Of a stretch of DNA of 64,000 bases, positions 59,128-64,000 are shown one piece after another. Position 1 is the first letter of the stretch. The number at the start of each line of letters is the position of its first letter. The position numbers and the translations under genes are program-made. The notes beneath the pieces are model-generated. The model saw only the letters and a program-made list of their open reading frames with translations, made no database searches and had not been told where the DNA came from. The stretch lies in the NCBI GenBank assembly GCA_964035575.1, contig OZ037839.1, positions 1,178,001 to 1,242,000 of the forward strand, given 5' to 3'. This DNA comes from Rhynchopus sp. YZ270_cl-10. Lineage: Eukaryota.

Positions 59128-60639
59128 ATGGAACTGTGTGTGCAGGGATATGATGAAAACAAATTCGTGATTGAGGTGGGTGAGAACGACACAACGGAGA
59201 CGATGCGGGAGAAGGTGGCGTCTGCAACAGGGTTGTGCGAAGACAGCTTCCGCATGGGCTTCGGAGGGAAGGAGGAAGGAGAGGACATCACAGAACTGAG
59301 TGCTGGAGACACAGTCGTGTTGACGAAGTCGACGAAATACGTATCCGTTGAGACACTTCGTGCCTTGGGTGAGACAGACATTTCCGAAGCGAGGTTGGCG
59401 ACTGTGAAGGATCCTGAGGTGGCTTCTCTGCTTCTTCAGGCGGAGGTTGCGACTGTTATTCCGAACTGGTTCTTGAGCAAAGCATCGTTTACGAGACTTG
59501 ATCTCTCTGCTGTGTCTGGTGTGACACGAATTGAGGAAGGCTTCCTCTTCAGGTGTGGGTCGGTGGAAACCGTTGACTTGTCGGGATTGTGCAACGTTAC
59601 GCACATTGGGAGTTTCTTTCTCTATTCCTGCACATCGTTGACAAGCCTTGACGTGTCAGGGTTCACTGGTGTGACGGTGATAGGGAAGTCGTTCTTCCAA
59701 AGAAATGGCGTCACAAATCTTGACTTATCCGAGATGACGAGTGTGACGAAGGTTGGTACACACTTTCTTTCCCACTGCACCTCGTTGAAAAGGATTGACA
59801 TCTCAGGATGGCGCAGAATCACACACATTGAGGACAACTTCCTGTGGGAATGCACCTCGTTGGCAACCATTGATTTGTCAGCTTTTTGCAGTGTCATGAA
59901 GATCGGCTCCGAGTTTCTCTTCAACTGCAAGTCGTTGACCACCATCAACTTTTCAGGGATGACGAATGTGACGGAAATTGGGAGCGAGTTTTGTTCGTGC
60001 TGCATGTTGGAAACGATTGATTTGACAGCACTGCACAGAGTTGTGAAGGTGGGGTATGACTTTCTTAGTCGCTGCCCATTGAAGACAGTTGATGTATCAG
60101 TGTTGCGCAGCATCACACAGATTGAGCACGGCTGGATGCAAGGGTGCCCCACGTTGACAACAGCAGACTTCTCAGGACTGAGCAATGTTATGCGGATTGA
60201 TTCATCTTTCCTGCAAGATTGCAAATCCTTGACCACGCTGGACATGTCAGGTTTTGGCAGGGACACCGTCATCGGTGACGACTTCCTGCTCAACTGCGAC
60301 GCACTCACAACAGTCGTCTTGCCAGGCAACATCGACATTCACGAGTTACCAAATATGGACAGTGTCATGCTGCAGAGCAGGTCTGCACCCTTCCATGTGC
60401 GGGCGTGTGTCCTTTACGCAAGGTTTGCTAAACATTCCAGAGGTGTGCGGGTAGTACGCTTTAAGGCAGCAGGACAAGACGTGTCTGGAGATGCAAGACA
60501 ATGTATTGCATTGAAAGCAGGACAAGCAGGAGCAACACAAGCAGGAGGGTTTGGTGCAGGACAAACAGGAGGGTTTGATGATTTGTGTGAAGAACACTTC
60601 GGTGAACCTATTGAACTGCATTTTTGGATACACCTGTGA
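59128..60639 (+). CDS. Ubiquitin-like N-terminal domain + BspA/LRR_5-type leucine-rich repeat protein
   Basis: MELCVQG..FVIEVGENDTTETMREKVA (Ubl-like), then ~24-aa repeats CxxLxxxDLSxxxxVTxIGxxFL; ends EPIELHFWIHL. Confidence 0.85.
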   Translation: MELCVQGYDENKFVIEVGENDTTETMREKVASATGLCEDSFRMGFGGKEEGEDITELSAGDTVVLTKSTKYVSVETLRALGETDISEARLATVKDPEVASLLLQAEVATVIPNWFLSKASFTRLDLSAVSGVTRIEEGFLFRCGSVETVDLSGLCNVTHIGSFFLYSCTSLTSLDVSGFTGVTVIGKSFFQRNGVTNLDLSEMTSVTKVGTHFLSHCTSLKRIDISGWRRITHIEDNFLWECTSLATIDLSAFCSVMKIGSEFLFNCKSLTTINFSGMTNVTEIGSEFCSCCMLETIDLTALHRVVKVGYDFLSRCPLKTVDVSVLRSITQIEHGWMQGCPTLTTADFSGLSNVMRIDSSFLQDCKSLTTLDMSGFGRDTVIGDDFLLNCDALTTVVLPGNIDIHELPNMDSVMLQSRSAPFHVRACVLYARFAKHSRGVRVVRFKAAGQDVSGDARQCIALKAGQAGATQAGGFGAGQTGGFDDLCEEHFGEPIELHFWIHL

Positions 60640-61417
60640 GCTCTTGGGTAAAGTGTTATTTCCCTTGTCACACGTATGATACGCGGAGGATGGGATCTTT
60701 GGTGTGGAGTAGTTTTGTGTAGTTTTGCATTCACAAGGGAACGAAATTATTCTACCCCAGTAGTTGAATTGTTTCATATGAGGAGAAAACCAAAGCGGAA
60801 ATGAAGCTTGCGAATGAGGGTGGAGGTTTTTTCGTAATGTTTTATTCTCCCTCTTACCACATACCTTGCCTGAAAAAACTCTTTTATTGTTCGCGATACC
60901 TGCTTATTGTATTGCGCCTTCATCTGGCTGGCTGGCATCGTACAGTGGGTCAGTCGGAGGAATGCCTGTATCGAGAGCTATTCCCCCTTCTTTCCCACGA
61001 CGATGGTGTGATTAGGAAGAGATAAGAAAGCCAACGTTCAGATGATTTGATAACGCATCTATTTCCTGTTTGCCTCATTCTCACTGTGCGCCACACTGAT
61101 CATTTTAACAACCTGCAGGGCTGCGTTTCAACGAAAATAGTACTTTGTGACCATACAGACATGTCATGTACCTGTCAGGTCTTGTTCATATGGGGAGAGT
61201 ACCCGGAGAAGTGGAAAACAAACAAAGACGACTCTGAGGCTGACATCACCGCTCCTGCAAGAGGGCGTCAATCAATAAGAAAACTCTCGACTTCCCCGAG
61301 CCTGGAAAGATCAACAAGCGGACTAAAACCGATCCCACCCCCATTACGTCTTACTCGCCCCCATCTGATGATGGACTGGCGGGGAACAACTTTATATCCA
61401 GCAGTGTGCCATCTTTC

Positions 61418-63052
61418 TCCGAAGCGAGGTTGGCGACTGTGAAGGATCCTGAGGTGGCTTCTCTGCTTCTTCAGGCGGAGGTTGCGACTGTTATTCCTGA
61501 CCACTTCTTGAGCGAAGCATCGTTTACGAGACTTGATCTCTCTGCTGTGTCTGGTGTGACACGGATTGAAGACGGCTTCCTCTACATGTCTACAGTGGAA
61601 ACCGTTGACTTGTCGGGATTGTGCAAGGTTACGCACATTGGGGACTACTGTCTATCTATCTGCACATCGCTGACAAGCCTTGACGTGTCAGGGTTCACTG
61701 GTGTGACGGTGATAGGGAAGTCGTTCCTCCATGAATGTGGCGTCACAGAGCTGGACTTATCCGAGATGACGAGTGTGACGGAGGTTGGTGGAAGCTTTGT
61801 TGCCGACTGCAAGTCGTTGAAAAGGATTGACATCTCAGGATGGCGCAGCATCACGAACATCGACTTCCGCTTCCTCTCGAACTGCACTTCGTTGGCAAAC
61901 ATTGATTTGTCAGCATTTTGCAGTGTCACGAAAATCGGCTCGAATTTTCTCTCCGCCTGCTCGTCGTTGACCACCATCAGCTTTTCAGGGATGACGAATG
62001 TGACGGAAATTGGTGGCGACTTTTGTTCGTCCTGCACCTCGTTGGAAATGATTGACTTGACAGCACTGCACAGGGTTGTGAAGGTAGGTCACCGCTTTCT
62101 AAGGAGCTGCACCTCGCTGAGAAGTATCGACCTCTCAGCTTTTGGCAATGTCACAGACATTGAGTCAGGGTTTCTTATTCACTGCTCATCATTGAAAGCA
62201 GTTGATTTATCAGTGTTGCGCAGCATCACACACATTTATAACCGCTGGATGGAAGACTGCTGTGCGTTGACAACAGCAGACTTATCAGGAATGAGCAATG
62301 TTACGCAGATTGATGAAGGTTTCCTGCAAGATTGCACGTCCTTGACAACACTGGACATGTCAGGTTTTGGCAGGGACACAGGGATCCAGCAGCACAACTT
62401 CCTGCACAACTGCAACGCACTCACAACAGTCGTCTTGCCAGGCAACATCGACATTGACGAGATGTTGTCTCTCCCGAATGGAGACCCTAGAATGAGCACC
62501 TACAAGGAGGCCTTCTATGTACGTGTGCGTGAGATTTACGCAAGGTTTACGGAACAGTTCGAAGATGTGCGGATAGAAGCTTTTGAGGCAGTACGAACAG
62601 ACGTGTCTGGAAGTGCAAGACAATGTATTGCATTGAAAGCAGGACAAGAGAGAGAAGGGTTTGGTGCAAGCACACGAGTACGACTACAAATAAAGAGAGA
62701 ATTCATAGGGTGGGGTGCAGGACGAACAAGAGCAGGACAAGCAGGAGGGTTTGGGGCAGGGCAAACAGGGGCAGGACAGACAGAAACAGTACAAGCAGGA
62801 GGATTTGGAGAGTTTGGGGCAGGACAAGCAGGAACAGGACAAGCAGGAGGGTTTGGGGCAGGGCAAACAGGGGCAGGACAGACAGAAACAGTACAAGCAG
62901 GAGGATTTGGAGAGTTTGGGGCAGGACAAGCAGGAGCAGGACAAACAGGAGGATTTGGAGGGTTTGGTGCAGGACAAGCAGGAGGATTTGGTGATTTGTG
63001 TGAAGAACACTTGGGTGAACCTATTGAACTGCATTTTTGGATACACCTGTGA
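61418..63052 (+). pseudogene. 5'-truncated paralogue of the LRR gene with an expanded GGFGAGQ tail
   Basis: Homology to the first copy starts abruptly at SEARLATVKDPEV. The ATG and Ubl domain are replaced by ~200 bp of unrelated sequence, although the upstream flank (61170-61217 ~ 58990-59040) is retained. The frame is otherwise intact. Confidence 0.65.
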
Positions 63053-63589
63053 ACACTTGGGAGAATCTTATTGACCCTCTCCGGACGGATGATGACAATA
63101 TAGCCACACGCTTGCCCTGTACGGGCAGTATACATCACGTAGCATGCTTGCCTTTGAAGAGACCTCATCTCGTCACCCTTTCAAAGCTCCCGTAGGCCTT
63201 CCGAATGGAAAGAACGCAGCAAACAAGAGCTGGGAACGTGTGACTGAGTGTGGGGATGCGTTCAAGAATTAAACTCTTCCCCCCAAACCCCCTTTCATCT
63301 CTAGTTTTCTTTATCCAAACGTCGAGTGGACGCGTAATAATTTTATTTTGGGACTTTCATTTTTGAGGTGTGGAAGGCATAGGCGTATCAAGCAAGAAAG
63401 AATAGGGATTTTTTATTGTTTATTATTTGTTTTTGTCACCAGAATGCAAGGCACTGTAAGTGCGTTATATCGGTTTGAAAGTACTCTAAACAAAAAAGGT
63501 GGCCGTCGGGCTGCTATTTCTTTTTACCTCCTCCTTTGGCTGGGGAAAAACAAAGTACCACCATATTCATAGATGGTAGTCGGCCCATC

Positions 63590-63944
63590 TGCAGGACAAG
63601 CAGGAGCAGGACAAACAGGAACAACACAAGCAGCAGGATTTGGAGCGTTTGGGGCAGGACAAACAGGAGGAGGACAAACAGGAACAGTACAAGCAGTAGG
63701 ATTTGCAGGGTTTGGGGCAGGACAAGCAGGAGCAGGACAAACAGGAACAACACAAGCAGTAGGATTTGCAGGGTTTGGGGCAGGACAAGCAGGAGCAGGA
63801 CAAACAGGAACAACACAAGCAGGAGGATTTGCAGGGTTTGGGGCAGGACAAGCAGCAACAGGACAAACAGCAGGAGGACAAGCAGGAGGATTTGAAGAAC
63901 ACTTTGGTGAACCTATTGAACTGCATTTTTGGATACACCTGTGA
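63590..63944 (+). pseudogene. C-terminal fragment of the same family (GFGAGQ repeats + EEHFGEPIELHFWIHL)
   Basis: Only the 60-bp-period repeat tail and the conserved terminal peptide are present. Confidence 0.7.
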
Positions 63945-64000
63945 ACACTTGGGGAAAACGTTATTTACTCTTTCCCATCGTGTGAATATTCAAGCTGTGG

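Overview
Eukaryotic, probably protist DNA: intron-less ORFs and VIPER/TATE-type gene order suggest Euglenozoa, but this is an inference. The window has three zones. (1) 1-15.4 kb is a (GGGGGA)n microsatellite split by insertions. It holds two divergent tyrosine-recombinase retrotransposons (gag-YR-RT/RNaseH, minus strand), one of them complete at 5122-10115, and a 379-bp non-autonomous derivative. All insert without TSD upstream of NGGGAG and share a covarying double-hairpin terminus. It also holds a 2.2-kb element whose ~455-bp direct repeats each carry a candidate non-circularly permuted hammerhead ribozyme. (2) 15.4-28.2 kb holds small DNA transposons (TA-MITE, hAT with 8-bp TSD), FYVE and GNAT genes, an RT relic, and a three-level nest of TSD-less elements. 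The nest includes an unclassified family with long palindromes and periodic CGAG/CGAG mismatches. (3) A ~24.6-kb 38-bp satellite with kb-scale higher-order duplications (28.2-52.8 kb) is followed by a 1500-aa hypothetical gene and a decaying tandem family of Ubl/BspA-LRR genes with FG-like tails. All calls were made by eye; no database searches were run.
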